Below, piece after piece: positions 13,531 through 28,100 of a stretch of DNA of 64,000 nucleotides. This stretch comes from Camelus ferus (Eukaryota), in the NCBI RefSeq assembly GCF_009834535.1, contig NC_045696.1:90336001-90400000 (forward strand), read 5' to 3'. Position 1 is the first letter of the stretch. Every line of letters starts with the position of its first letter. The notes under the pieces are model-generated. The model worked only from the letters and a program-made list of their open reading frames with translations, was not told the origin of the DNA and searched no databases. The position numbers were made by a program, and so were the translations under genes.

Positions 13531-15479
13531 ATCAACCTCTTGCTTCCACTGGGTTTATCAACGGAAAGCCCAGTGAAGTGGAGACAGGCTAGTGCTAATA
13601 GAGGGCATCTATTCTCCAGGTATCATGGATGTCCAAGTGACTAGCTGTGACTTTCAGTCAAAGACCACAGCTCCTGAAAGAACCCTCTGCACACAGCCTC
13701 ACTGTCCCCAGCTTCCTTCTCCTCCCCACTGGCTTAGGGGTACAATGATCCCATTGGTAGTAGCCCTTATGATTTCCTTAAACCCTGCCCTCACCCTATT
13801 TACACTTACTTCCAATTGCCTAATTTAAATTTGCCCTCTGTTCTCTCCTGGGACGCTGACTGGTATAAATTCTGCTGTTAACGTGATGTACCCCTATTAG
13901 GCAAGTTACTTAACCTGTCTGACTCCAATTACTTCATCTATAAATGGTGCAGCCATGGGAATTAATTAACATGATTTACATAAGCTGCTCAACACAGCAT
14001 CCAGAGCATGAGCAGACAGTAAGTGGTTGCTGTTGCTGTCATGATGGTGGTGGTTATTATTGTTGTTACTGCTAATATTTTTTCATTGCTACCCAATGAT
14101 CTGAGTAGCACCTAACCAGCTGGGCAAAAAAAATCATTCAAAGATGAACCTACTGTCAGACTTAAAAAACTTCCCAGGGTTTTCCCAAAGTCACCATCAT
14201 AATAAATGAACGCTCTTTACCAAGTGGAATTACATAAACTTGTCTTCTGTCCACTTACGATGAACGAGCCAGTCCAGTTCATCTCCTACAACAAGAGAAG
14301 TCCTCATTATTTGCAAAGCCAGGCCCCACCAATCACTCATATTCCCTCAGACACCTGCAGGTGTGTCAGCCGTAGCAGTCAGCAATGTGCTTGCAAACTC
14401 GGGTCTCCCTGAGCAGTAGCAACACAAACTAGCGGTGGAGGCTGGCCAGCACCCACTCCTGCACGTGTGTGCACCTCTGCTGTCTGCAGGCCTCAGGGGT
14501 CAGTTCTGCCAGCCAGTGACCATGACACTGGTCCTTGCATGCCTAATGACACTCATGTCCAGGTAGATTGTCCCCATTTAGGTTCAATTGTATACATATA
14601 GTTTTTAAATACTACAAGTTACAAAGCAAAATAAATACTTCAGTTGTTACGACATACTGAACTATTTGAAGAAAATTATGCAATGAGAATTGTGGGGAAA
14701 CAGTGTTGCCTTGCCCCACGGAAAGGGATGAGACATTCTAAGCTGTCGGTATTTTCAAATCATGTATATCTGTTAATTCTGTTTTTATAGGGTATTTATC
14801 CCACCCTAATTATATTTGTGTAGTGTCTAAGATCTGTTAGAGTGTTAGAGCCTTAGACTCTGTGAAGGGTGAGGGAGGGAGCCTTTCTGGGGTGATGGAC
14901 ATGCTCTGTATCCATGTGCTAGTTACATGGACCCATACATTTGTCAAAGCTCGTGGAACTGCACATTTAAGACCTGGGCATTTATCTGTAGGCCTTAACT
15001 CAGAGGTTATAGGAACATGTAGAGGAATAGAAAAGTTAAAACACAAGTTCTAAAAGGATATACTTGAAAGTATATCCCATTGTACCAGTTTATTTATGTG
15101 ACAGAATAAAATCTTGAAATACTAAGCAAATTGATCTGAACTCCCCACGAGTTTGCTGAATGGTTTCTGGTGAGAGGCGGTGACTCAGGGAGATTCTAGT
15201 GATGATTAGGCCTTTCCAGGGAGTAAACCATCCACATAATTCTAGGGTTAATGCCTCAACTATCTGTGTTCATTCAGAGTGAGGTTGACCTCTTGACACC
15301 CCAGCCTTCCTGGAAAAGGCTTCAGCCCCTAAGGGATTTTGATTTTTCAGGAGCATGTGCTCAGAGTCGCTGGGGTTACCCCCGAGGGCCAAAACACATG
15401 AGATCAATTCCTAGGTGGCTAAACAAGAAAACTCCAGATCATTGACTGACAGCTTACCATTAATCTAACAGGATGTCTC

Positions 15480-15990
15480 AAGCGGTATGCCCCAGGGCTT
15501 TTCCTCAAACATAATCAATAATTTGGATGAGAGTATAGAAAACGTGTTTATCAGATGTTCAGAAGCCAAACACAGGGGTGAGACCACCAGTAAGATGGGC
15601 CACTTGTTCTCACCTGGACAAGAACAACATCTGGGCCCAAGCCAAAAAGTTAAATTAGAATAAATTTAAAAACTAACTGCCATTAGGTTGAAAAAGCCAA
15701 TTGCCAAATCCAGGGTGTGAGTGGGGAAACCTGATTTGATAGAAATAAGCCCTGTGGTTTTAATTGATCACTCGTGTGGTTATAAGCCAGTGCTGGTACC
15801 ATTGGTACAGACTGACTGCACTGACAGGTCCACTAAACCCTGACTATCATCTTTGGTTCCAGGTGCCACCTTTTATGAGTGATGTGGACAAACTGGAGTG
15901 TGTACCAGAGAGGAGGACCAGAATGGTAGGAGATGTGAACACCTTGTTCTGCTACAAATGTTTTAGGAAACATATTGCTTAGCCTGAAAA
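15480..15990 (+). mobile_element. CR1/L3 fragment
   Basis: GATGTGGACAAACTGGAGTGTGTACCAGAGAGGAGGACCAGAATGGT resembles the L3 RT C-terminus (DVDKLECV..RRTRMV). Confidence 0.55.
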
Positions 15991-16009
15991 AGAACAGACA
16001 GGTACAAGT

Positions 16010-16120
16010 TAGCTGACTCACCATCCTGGTTTGCCCAGGACTGAGAGGGTTTCCAGATTCAGAACTTTCAGTTTTAAAACCAGGATAGTCCCAGGTAAAC
16101 CAGATCAAGCTGTCACCCTA
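16010..16120. mobile_element. MER81-like hAT-Blackjack MITE
   Basis: ~110 bp with long imperfect inverted ends (CCTGGTTTGCCCAGGACT...AGTCCCAGGTAAACCAG...GTCACCCTA). Confidence 0.7.
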
Positions 16121-17889
16121 GGTCAAGGTGACGGTGGGGAAAGAGGTGCCAGGACACAAGACTCTTGATTTCCAAATGCTGGAGGGGCTTATTCTCAGCT
16201 GCTGCCAAGTGGACCAGGGCAGTGGTAGAAGTTTCCCAGAGGCAGAGCTGAACTCGAGGAAAGGAAGGCTCTGAGGTTCCCAAGGAGCTTTCTCAGGAGA
16301 AGGAGCAGGTCTGCATGAGGAGGGGTTCATGACTCTTGGGATCTGAAAACCCTTTAAATACGTATACACCAGAAAATTCATCGTGGTCGCAACCTCCCCA
16401 TACAGCAGTGCTTCGAAAGGAATCCATATGATATTAATCACAATTGTGTCTTGATACATTTGAAAGTGGAAGACATGATTTATTTTTTCTATACAGAATG
16501 CTTGGCTCCCAGCTCCCATACAAGTCCTCCAACCCCCTCCAACTCTAGCACACTTCTGAGTTTGCCATGGGAAACTCTCACAGGAAAGGCTGAGGCTGGT
16601 TGATGCTTGAGATTCCTTTCAATTCCAAGGTTCTACATGTCCAGGGCTTGGCATCCTGCCTAAGCTACAGTATGTGCTCAGGAAACCGTGGTTAATGCTT
16701 CTCGCTTCTTGTCATCTTTATCAGTGGCAGGGAGTACACTCATGTCCTCCCCCAAATACTTCCCTTCTTCCCGGACTCCATGCTGCCTGAGGCAGAACCC
16801 TCATAGGGAACCAAATAACCAAAAACCTGCAAAGGCCTTGTTGAATAAGGGGCTTGTTTTCTCACATAAGAGGAAGTCTGGAGATCAGCAGCTATGGGGA
16901 AGTCATTAAAGGGGCAGGTTCCTTCTTCCTGCCCAATTTCCTCAGTGTGCAACTCTTGTAGCAAAGTGGCTGCTGCAACTCCAAGCCTTGCATCTGCATT
17001 CCAGGATGGAAAAAAAAGGTAGAGGAAGGGCAAAGGGCGATAAGAGCAGGCCAGCTGAGCCAGACCCCTTTTAAAAGCCATTCCCAGAAGCCTTACACAG
17101 AAACTCCTTGTATGTCATTGGTCATCTCTGAGTCACACAGCCCCCCTGGGTGCAAAGGCAATGGCATGGTATTTAGAGGACATATCGCCACCCTGAACAA
17201 CACTGAGGTCCAGTTAGTAAGGAAGAAAATGATATTGGGTAGGCAGAGAGCCGTGTTTGCCTCAGCCACCTCCTCTGGGCATATACACTCATCACCTCCC
17301 CAGCTGTTGCTGCTCCTTGGGGAACTAAAAAAACACCAGTCCTAATGGTAGGGCTGAAGTCTGCAGCCCCAAGCAGGAGGGCACAGACGTCAAGAAGAGA
17401 GTGAGTGCAGGCTGCAGTGCTGTGTCTTGGCAAGGAGCTCCATGACTCCCAATGCAGAACTGGTCACAGTTAATACAGAGCCCAGGGGATTTTTGTTATG
17501 AAAAACAGCACAGGTGGAAAAGGAAAAAGGAATGGATAAGTCTTTTTTTTTCCCTTAAGACTTTGGTGGGATTGGCATAACTGTTAAAAAGAATGTTCTA
17601 CCAGGACCCTAGTTCTAAAAACAAAAACAAAACAACTGAAGATTGAGCCAAGAGGAGGCAGGCCTTGTCCAGAGTGAGTAATATTACATGGTTGTGCAGT
17701 AAAAAATACCAAAGAGCTAGTCCTGCTTAGATGATTCACAATTCTGACTCACTTGCTGTCTGCTGGGGCCTGGAAGTTGCCAGTGTGTGTACCCACATTA
17801 ACCTGGTTGCCTCCAGCATCCGCTACTCAGGCACCCAGATGAGGAAGCCTATGAAGAAGGTTTTCCATCACCCCAACTGCAACTTCCTA

Positions 17890-18022
17890 AACCACATACA
17901 GTCCCTGGACCTGGACCAGCAGTACCAGTATCACCTGAGAACTTGTTAGAAATGCAAAGCTTCAGGCCCATCCGAGACCTACTGGGATTGTGATACATGA
18001 GCAAGTTTGAGAATCACTAGCC
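17890..18022. mobile_element. MER5A-like DNA transposon fragment
   Basis: GGACCAGCAG...TCACCTGAGAACTTGTTAGAAATGCAAA...AGTTTGAGAATCACT. Confidence 0.7.
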
Positions 18023-18409
18023 AAGGTCAGTGTCTACTAGCAGGGAGATATTCAATAAGAGTAACCAGACTATGGCCTTCTACCATATATCATGAGAGAG
18101 TTATTAAGCGAATAAAAAGTCTTCTGGACTCCGTACTATCTAATAAGTTCAGAGAGAGTTTAGGACACGAGATGAATTAGGAAAACCCTCTCTATAGGCC
18201 TTCAATTAAATTTAAATTTCTTACATTTTTATTATTCTAATCACAGCTTCTGTCTTGAAGGTCATAGCAAGAAATGATTTATTTACAGAAATTGATTTCA
18301 ATAGAGTTTTGGCACCAAGTATAAGGATAAAATATATCAAAAAGCATTGCATATTTCTAGTATTGTTATAGCCTTGATTAGTGAGGCAGGCCTCAGTTTT
18401 AGCATGATA

Positions 18410-19210
18410 CCTTCATATATTGAAGTCCTAACCCCCAGTACTTCTGACTGTATTTGGGGATAGAGCCTTTAAAGAGGTGATCAGGTGAAATGAAGTCATT
18501 AAGGTGGGTCCTAGTCCAATATGACTGGTGTCCTTATAAGAAGAGGAGGTTGGGACACAGACACACACAGAGGGTAGACCACTGTGAGGGAACCCGGGGA
18601 GGAAACAGCCATCTGCAAGCCAAGAAGAGACGCTTCAGAAAAAGCCAGCCCTGCCAAACCCTGATCTCAGATTTCTAGCCTCCAGAATTGTGAGAAAATT
18701 AATTTCTGCTATCTAATCCACCAGCCTGTGGCGCTTTGTCATGGCGCCCCTAGCAGACCAATGCAGTATACCGAAGACCCCTGACAGGGCTGGGGCTCAC
18801 CTGGCACTAACTGTTGTGGGAGGCATTTGTGCTCTTCCAAAAACTTCCAGGTCCCTCCCTCCTGGGGAATGTAATGATATGGTACCTTCCCACCCCCTGA
18901 AGAAGCTAGGCGTGGCCATGTGATGTGCTTCGGCCAATAAAAGGTGAGAAGTGACATGTTACTTCTAGCAGGAACTTTAGGAGCCTGAGCACAACTGTCC
19001 CTGCTGTCTTTTCCCCCGGCCGGCCACAGCAAGGAGCGGGCTCCCTTGGGGGCTGTCCCTTCATCCTGCTCCGGGGGCGAGTGATACGGGCCAACCTGCA
19101 GCCAACCTGTGATGGACTTACAGTGAGAGCAGCAGATGAAACTTTGCTAGCTTAAGCCCTGCGATTTAGGCACAATCATACTTGCACCGTATCCTGTCCT
19201 CTCCTGACTG
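18410..19210 (+). mobile_element. Two adjacent MaLR LTRs (MLT1A/B-like 18410-18770; older MLT1-like 18790-19210)
   Basis: GAAGTCCTAACCCCCAGTAC...GACTGGTGTCCTTATAAGAAGAGG...CCAGAATTGTGAGAAAAT; GGCCATGTGA...GGCCAATAAAAGGTGAGAAGTGACATG. Confidence 0.7.
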
Positions 19211-22200
19211 CTGCATCAGTTTCCTCACTATTTCAAATGAGTCAGCTCATTTATCAAATTTCAAACATTCAGTTGTTTTAATTCAGATAATAAGCATATC
19301 AGTTAAACCATTGTTGTTGTTGTTGTTTTGGGGGGGTTGGATTTTTTAAAGCCTAAAATATGTGATACCCGAATGCTGGTAAGAGGGCACAAGGCTTCTA
19401 GTAGAAGGTGGAAGGTGTCACTGAGGTTAGTCCCAAGAAAAGACAATTTAGCAAGTCTCCCTCTCAAGGAACAGCTAAAGGAGAATGTAACTCCTGGTTA
19501 TCATCTCATTCATCCCATACCTGGCATTTTGTACAGAAGAGATGAAGCCAGTTGGGTGGTTAGGCTGGTACTAGACCTCACTCCTCCTGCCTCTCAGACC
19601 AGAGCCCTTTGCACCAGACTGTACTTGTTAGTCCTTGAAGAATTGGAAGAATTTTGCTTTCTAGCCAGCAAAATTACCTCCTTGTCCTAAAGCCTGGTCA
19701 TAATTCTGTTATTTACCAATGAAAACCATTTTGCACTAGAATTTGTTCCCAAAAGCTAATATTCATATGATCTGACTCATATGCTTCCTTCAGCCTAAGT
19801 GTGCAGAACTTCTGAGGAACCTCTAAGAACAAACCCCATTTCTGGGCTACCAGGTCATCCACCTTTTTGCTTTACCTCAGGTAGCTCCTGGTGCCATTCC
19901 AGGCAGCCTCACTGCTGATCCGTGTTTGCTCACCCAGGCCTCCACTTCTGCCTAGAACAGCCTGCCCCTTGGTGGTCTCACAACTGGCCGACTCTTCTAA
20001 ACCTGCCACAAATCCAGCCTTTCTTGATTAGCTTCCTGCCTTGAAGATCCTCCCACTGCATCATTACATTCCAAAAACATAACCTCTGCATGTGTATAAG
20101 TTGTCTTGGTGACTACGTCATCTCTGTGTTACCCAGATGGTTTATTTACTAGCACTTTGTCCTCACTCTTAGATGCATGCCCTGGTAAAGAGGGAAAGAA
20201 AAGCAGAGTATGGGTTTTCTAACACATTGTCCTGTTGCATAGGCTGCCATGTGTGGGCAAATGCCTTCCTCTGTGGTATGTGGAGTTGGTTTTGGTTTCC
20301 CTGATAACAACCTCCATGCAGATTTGATTGGTGAATAGTAATGTCATAAATAGTTGTGTAAGTCAATCGTTCCAGGAAGTTTATGGTATACAAATATTAA
20401 CAACTATTGGGATTTTTCTTGGGAGAACATAAAATTCTAAGTATAATTGCTAGGGAAAAAAAAATTTTAAATCTTTTTTTTTCACTCTGCATTGAATGTA
20501 GCATCTTCTCAAACAGGAAGGGGTAAACTTTACAACTTCAAGCTTTAAATTATTTTTTGCTTGGAAAATCAAAACACTCCCAATTTGTAATATATTTAGC
20601 ATCACACTTTACAAGTCACCAAGTAGAATGTTAGTTCATTCTCAAAATGGCAAATATCCTGTCTTAAGTGAGTGATGGAAAAACAAAATGCCATGCCAAA
20701 GTCACCAGAAAATGCATAATTGGCCTGTAACAATGCTGTGTTCTTAACCAGCATGACACGCCAAAAATGAGGGCTTACTTTGGAAAATTGCAAAATCCAA
20801 TACATGTAGTACTGACTGTGTTCATTTCATTACGTTAAAAAAAATTCTGTTGCCAATTGTGTCAAAACTGGCTTGTCAAATCTTTGCAAGAGAAGGAGTT
20901 TTTTTTCAAAGTTACACAATCTAAATTACTTTTAGTTTTAAATGTGAACAGATAGTGGATTTTTAAAGAATTGTTTCATGCCCAAAGGTAAGTGGAACAG
21001 AGAATTGCGTAACAGTTCTATTCATCTGCTCAAGCTTGGTAATAACTTCAAGCTAGAAATGCTCTCCTTATCCTCCCAGATTCAGAAAACAATTGTTAGC
21101 TGTCCCACTGAAGCCCAGACCTGCATCTGAGGGCCCTTGGCACTGCAGCCTCTGCCTTGCCCCTGAGAGTCTGGCAGGGTGCAGGCATGACGCTGAAAGC
21201 TCCAGCCCTGGTCTTGGTCCCAAAGGAAAAGGCCATCTCCGGGGGCTCGCTGCAGCCAGTGAGGTGGTGTATAGGCCCAGTGTTTAGGACATGGTGAATT
21301 CACCCATGAGTCGCAAGTACCTCAGGGAGAGATTAGGAAGTCAAAAGCTCCAGGACAGCCCCTAGCTCCATTGAGCAGTTCTTTCCTTCACCAGCAAAGC
21401 GCTTCCCTCCAGGGGTCTCAGGAGAGATGTTGTGAATCACGAACATAGCATGGAAAATGTGCAGGTTTGGAGAGCTGAACCAAAACGCAAGCCAAGAGGT
21501 CACTTTGAGCATGGTAGTTGCGGACCCGGAGAACCAGATGAGCTGTGTTTTCTCCACGTGTGTTCCTAGTTCCACGGTTTGGAGATAAGGATCATCTCAT
21601 CACACCTGAGCTTTGGTTAGGCAGCTTTCAGGTCAAGGATTAATTATCCATATTCTTGTCCCAATCCCACCAAGCTTCACCTTTGCCAAGGGGAATAAAA
21701 GGGACTCTGGAGTCACATTTCCTGACTCGCCAATAGCTCCAATAAAAGATGCGGTTAAGAAGGCTAACAGTAATAGCTAAGATTTTATTTAATGACCCAG
21801 CCGTTTTTAGTCCCTACCTTCCCTTCTCATGAGCTGTGAAAAGAAATTCACAGCTGATTCTATTCAAGATTATACCCAGATTTTTAAAGTTAATAATAAT
21901 AATCGCAATCACATACATGGCCATTACTGTGAAGTGCTTTCATTTGGGTGGATATTAGTGCATGAGCCTCGCGGACAACTCTACGAGGAGGAGGTGCCCC
22001 AAGGCTGGGGGCGGGGGAAGTAACTGTCCTCGCCTCACACCAGTGCAGCTTTGAATGCATGCCTGGCTCCAGGTCCGCGCTCTGCGCGGCTGTGCCATCT
22101 GCAAATGGAAAGAGAAGTGAAGCAGAGCCTTATAGTTTGAGTAAGCCCCTCCTACCCCACTGTTAGCAGCTTCTGACTGTCCTTCCAGAGGTGTCCGTGT

Positions 22201-23128
22201 GAATGTCAGTGCTGAGAAAGGGGGAGTTGTGGAATCACATCAAGTGGCCTCGCTCACCTGTGTATCGGGGATGTTTTCATCTAGTCCCTGACACCAACTT
22301 TGCTTTTCAAGCCCCCACGGGAGAGAAGAATTTGTCAGTGAAGCCACTCAGGCCTTTGCAAAAGATCCCATCCATGCCAGTGGTGCGGCCATCCCCCAGG
22401 GGCTGACTCTGAGCCCTGGCCAGGGTTCCAGTGTCTATCTTAAGAGATTCCTTCTCCTCCCCCAGGGGCTTTTCTCCCTCCCACTCCTCCTGAGCCTGCT
22501 CTTCTTAAAGAAAAACCTGAGAGACTACAGCTGACAGCCCTCAGCCTGGGAGCAGTCACTTCTCATCTGGGCTCACAGCCTGGCCTGGCCCCTGAGGCTG
22601 GAGAGTTTCTGCAGCCAGGCTGGGAGTTGCGGGAGGTGGCGGGAGCGGGTGTCTCTTCACCAGCTGGTTCAGCCCAAAGTTGGCGGAATCTGCCAACATG
22701 GTCTTCTCAGGACAGAGACAGCTGATGTGTTCCCAGGCCTGGCACCCGCCACGGGGCAGCCTTATATCTCTTTGACTCCTGACAGCAGTTCCTGACTCCA
22801 TAATCCATTAGGAACTGTCTAACTGGGGCAGCAAAATCATGCTTCAGTTGGCTTAAACAATAAAGTTGGCTTCTTGGTGCCTATAACTGAGAAGTCTGGA
22901 CAGGGCAGGCTTTGGGTAGGTCATTAGCCCGCAGGTCAGTAGTATCCTGAGGGACCTGGCTTCTTTCTGTGCCTGGTCTCTTCCTTCATCCTGAGACCCA
23001 CTCTCCTGAGGACAGCAAGAGGGCACCAGCAGCTTCTTGGGCCATGGCTTCCTCTCAGAGTCACAGCAAGGGAGGGAAGAACACGCTGTCTCAGAAGAGC
23101 AAGAGCCCCCACCTCATGACTCACTTGC

Positions 23129-23490
23129 TGTATGATCAGGCCACTCAAGATGGCTGTTCTCTTGCTCTCTGTATACCCCCTGCTCGACCAGGCCCCGCTT
23201 TGCTCACATGACTTTGCAATCTTCTTAATTATAGGGCTTAATCAGGAACTGCCTACGTGCTTGCCCGCTGCCCCAGCCACTATAAATGATAGCCTTCTTC
23301 CCCCAGTAGTGGAGCTCTGCTCACCCTCTGCTATGCACAGTGGGGTGTCACTCCAAGACCTTTTGCTTCAGACTTCAAAGATCCCCCATCTGAAGAATGA
23401 TTGATGTCTCTGTCCTGTTTTCAGTCTCTTTCTTCGATCTTGAGGTTGGGCAGCTACAAGGCTTACAGGCCTGTGAGTTGCAGCCCGACA
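23129..23490 (+). mobile_element. ERV solo LTR (362 bp) inserted into an older MaLR
   Basis: TGTAT...CGACA termini; exact 5-bp TSD CTTGC (23124-28, 23491-95); AAGATGGC near the 5' end; TATAAA at 23281-86. Confidence 0.8.
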
Positions 23491-23665
23491 CTTGCCTCAG
23501 TAGGTCCAGAGCCCATCCCTGAGCCCTGATAATGACCAGGAGGGTGAGGGTGGAGGGAGAGCCCTGGCAGGGCCCCAGGAGTGAGATGTGTTCACCAGCA
23601 TTGGAGGGGGCAGGCAATGCTGAAAATCAGAGAAGCATCACCAAGAGGAAGAGGGGATAGCTTCT

Positions 23666-25135
23666 TTTTTATAACCATTTTTAAAATTGAAGTATAGTTA
23701 ATTTATAATGTGTTAGTTTCAGGTGAACAGCAAAGTGATTCAGTTATACATATATATGTATATATATATATATATTCTTTTTTCAGATTCTCTTCATTAT
23801 AGGTTATTACAAGATACTGAATATAGTTCCCTGTGCTATACAGTAGGCCCTTGTTGTTTATCTATTTTACATAATAGTGTGTATATGTTAATTCCAAACT
23901 CCTAATCTATCCCTCTCCCCCGTGCCTCCACTTTTCCCTTTGATAACCTTAAGTTTGTTTTCTATGTCTGTGAGTCTATTTCTGTTTTATAAATAAGTTC
24001 CTTTGTATCATTTTTTTGCATGTAAGTGATATCATATATTTGTCTTTCTGTCTGACTTATTTCACCTAATATGATCATCTCTAGGTCCATCCATGTTGCT
24101 GCAAATGGCATTATTTCATTCTTTTTTATGGCTGAGTAATATTCTGCTGTGTATATATGTGCCACAGCTTCTTTATCCAATCATCTGTCAATGGACATTT
24201 AAGCTGCTTCCATGTCTTGACTATTGTAAATAGTGCTGCTGTGAACATTGGGGTGCATGTGTCTTTTTTAATTAGAGTTCTCTCCAGATATATGCCTAGC
24301 AGTGGGACAGCAGGTTTATATGATAATTCTATTTTTAGTTTTTTAAGGAACCTCCATACTGTTATCCATACTGGCTGCACCAATTTATATTCCTACCAAC
24401 AGTGTAGGAGGGTTCTTTTCTCTCCAAACCCTCTCCAGGATTTATTATTTGTAGACTTTTGAATGATGGCCATTCTAACCAGTGTGAGGTGATACCTCAT
24501 TGTAGTTTTGATTTTCATTTCTCTAATAATTAGCGATGTTGAGCATCTTTTTATGTGCCTGTTGGCTATCTGGATGTCTTCTTTAGAGAAATGTCTATTT
24601 AGGTCTTTTGCCCACTTTTTGATTGGGTTATTTGTTTTGTTTTGTTTTTTGATATTAAGCTTTATGAGCTGTTTGTATATTTTAGAAATTAATCCCATGT
24701 CAGGTGCATCATTTGCAAATATTTTCTCCCTTTCTATAGGTTGTCTTTTCATTTTGTTTATGGTTTCCTTTGTTGTGCAAACACTTTTAAGTTTAACTAG
24801 GTCCCTTTTGTTTTTGTTTCCATTACTCTAAGAGACAGATCCAAAAAGATATTTCAGCGATTTATGTCAAAGAGTGTCCTGCCTATGTTTTCCTCTAGGA
24901 ATTTTAGAGTATCTGGTCTTATACTTAGCTCTTTAATCTATTTTGAGTTTATCTTTGTATATGGTGCTAGAGAATGTTCTAATTTCACCTTTTACATGTA
25001 GCTGTCCAGTTTTCCCAGCACCAGTTATTGAAGAGACTGTCTTTTTTCCACCAGTTATTTCCTCTGTTGTAGACTGACCGTAAGTGTGTGGGTTTATTTC
25101 TGGGCTTTCTCTCCTGTTCTATTGATCTATTTGTC
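23666..25135 (-). mobile_element. 5'-truncated LINE-1 3' end (cetartiodactyl type)
   Basis: ORF2 C-terminal peptides ([21 protein letters not shown]...[13 protein letters not shown]...[13 protein letters not shown]) and a typical 3' UTR ending in a T-rich tail. Confidence 0.92.
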
Positions 25136-28100
25136 AGCCTTTTTTTTTTTTTTTTATTCTTTTGCTTTTCTTAGCTAGAAAAAGTATTTCCTCCCATTTT
25201 ACTTGATAATGCATTTTTACAGAAACATAGTATTTACAAATATATAACTAAGAGACTGCTGGTCAAAAATCTTAAGCCGAAAATTTCATCAAAAACTGAT
25301 TTACAAACAGCACCCCCAATTGTCAAGAGTGTCCCAGGGTGGAAAATCCGAACAGTGTTCTGTGATAAGAAATAAACTTTCCGGCTCTTCCAATTTCTGT
25401 AACCTCAGATGACAGAGCCGCGCGGGCTAAGCACCCACTCGACCCCACCTGTTCTTAGTGTATTCTCAGGGCTTGGATAAGGAACATGGGGCCTGTGGCT
25501 CATGGAACTGGCTCCTGAGTCCTCACCCACACTCTCCAAGCCGGGACAGCTGGGGATAGCCATGACAGCAGAGTCACCATGCCCTTCTTTTCTGCATATC
25601 ACTGCCCAGTCCCCTCAGGCAGTTGGTGAGGGTACTTCAGCAGGCCTGTGTTTAGCCACTTCCAGGGAAGACATGTCCCAGCTCCTTCTTTCTGGTAGAG
25701 GGGAATGAACAGTTAATGTCTCTCAAAACCCTCCCACTCAGCTATCTGGCCTCTTGTTACTCAAAGGAGTAGGAAGGGGCAGGTGCGGATGCTCAGGGCT
25801 GCTGAATGCCTCTACTTAGCACAGCTGCCAGTGCCTGCAGTCAGTTCAATTAGAACTCAGGTCTCTTGGCTCAAGGCTTTGCCCCTTTTTAAAGTGACAA
25901 ATACTCCTGAGAAAAGCAAGGCAGTGAGCCATGGCAGTCATTTACACCAACAGTGTGAATTAGCTCTTCAGCTCCTCCCCTGGACATTCTAATGTGGGGA
26001 AACACAACTGGGCCTGAGGCAAAAGAGTGTGGAAGAGTGAGGCTCAGAGGGAGGAAGACAAGCCTAAATTGTATGTCTAAACTGAGGTCAGGCTTGCTCT
26101 GGCTATGCTCAGTGATGGAATTGTAAAGTCCCTGTAGAAATGGTGGACCTTTCTACCACAGAAGAAACTGATTTGAAGTGCATTCATACACAGCATTTCA
26201 TTTAGTTAGTTATTCAGAATGGGTAACACATATTAGAGAAAAAAAAAAAAGAACCACTGCAAAAGGGTATATAGTAAAAAGTTTCTCACACCCCTGTCCC
26301 CATCCTATAATTACTGATTTCTTATGAACCTTTTCAGACATCTTTGTATGTTTCCACATTTATGTATGTACTCATGTGTATACCGTTTCTTTTTAAACAA
26401 ACAGCACATAATTTGCTCTACTTGACACTTCGTTGTCCGTTAACATTACATCTTAGAGATGGTTCAGTATCTTCATGCCTGGATCCCTCTCCTTAATGGC
26501 TGCACAGATCCCACTAGATGGAGGGAGCATAATTATTCAGCCATGGGATTTTTTTTCCCCAGCGTTTTACTCTTCATTCTTTCCTAAAATTTGAATTGAT
26601 GCCTATGGTGTCAGGCACTGTTCTAGGGACAGAGAGCAGAAAATGAGATTATTTGAGGAGTTTACAATTCACATCCAGAGGAACATTCTCTTACATACTT
26701 CTCTGTGTCCATGTGTGAATTTATCATTTCTATAAACTATGGGGGTAGAATTCCTGGGTCAAAAGGTATATGCATTGCTAATTTTGATAGCTATTACAAA
26801 TAGCCCAAGAAAATATTATATCAATGTCTTCACTCTCTGTACAGGATCTTTTCATGTGATTAAGTCACTATACTTTTTTATACCATTATATTTCTTAAAC
26901 ACAAACCAAGTTTTCTATATAAAAATGCTGACAGTAATCTGAGCAATGATTCAGGAACTAAGAGACATGACATATGGGACCCTCTTGGCGAGGATACATC
27001 TGGCTGAGGGCCAGATCCTGCTGGCCAAGACTTCCCTCCCTGCCTGTAGGGCAGTCTTCCAGCAGCCCCAAGAAGGAAAAACAGGGCAAGAGGTGGTACA
27101 TGTGACCCAAGAGGACAGGCCCTTTGGAGAACATGGTGTGCATTTAACAATATCACCCCTACACAGTGTTTGACAAGGAGGAACAATCCACACACACAAG
27201 CACTGTAGGAGCTGAGAAAATATTGGTGGTACCCATGATAGACCTAGGCCCAATCTCCTTAGTATTTAAAGAACTTATACAAATCAATCAGAAATCCAAC
27301 AACCCCACAGATAAATGGACAGAGGACATACAGTTCTCAATGAAGGAAATATTCTCCTATGTTGAAGAAAATCTGTTAATAAAATGAATGCTATAATGAA
27401 AAACTTTAGAAATGTGTGTCCCTGATCAATGTCAGTCTGCCCTAAGTGTAATTAATATCACTATTAAAACAGCTGACCTTGGAAGAGTCCCCTGTGCTCA
27501 GGCAGCCACACTTGTTCCCCTGGCTGTGTCTGTGTGTCTTCCCTCCTGTTTATGACTTTCCCAAGATCCTCACCATCTCATAAGCACTAATGCTGCCATC
27601 AGTCATTCCCTTCTCCCCCTCCTGGCCTCAGTGATAGATTCCTACTGGTCTGCCACTATCCTCTCGTCCTGTACGGATCCCCCTGGGGCTCTGCCCTGAT
27701 CCCTTCCACTTCCTTTAGCTCCACAGTGTGGGGCAGGAGTCAGGGGTTGGGGAGGGGTGGACACCTGAACAAAATAAAGAGAGGTGGAAAAATGGTTGCT
27801 GAGAGTGCCTCTAATCCCTGGTTCTCCTGGTATTTCGCTCTTGTCTGTGGCTTAAGAATAATGGCCATCTCACCCCTTCACTGCCATGTGTCTAAAAAGA
27901 GTAGTCGACCCTCGCTGCCTCTACTGCCCTACAGCCCATCCATGCCTCACTTCGCTGGAATCTGGCTTTCACGCCCGGCTTTTGAATCTACACTGCACAA
28001 GGGTTATCAGTGACCTACTTGTTTCTAAGTTTAGTGGGGCTTCTGGGTCCTTATCTGCCTCTGCCCTGCTGACCACGGCAGCCTCCTCTCCAGCCCCAGT

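Noticed and set aside
16010..16120. Hairpin / pre-miRNA candidate
   Set aside because: The inverted repeat is explained by a MER81-like MITE; no other support.
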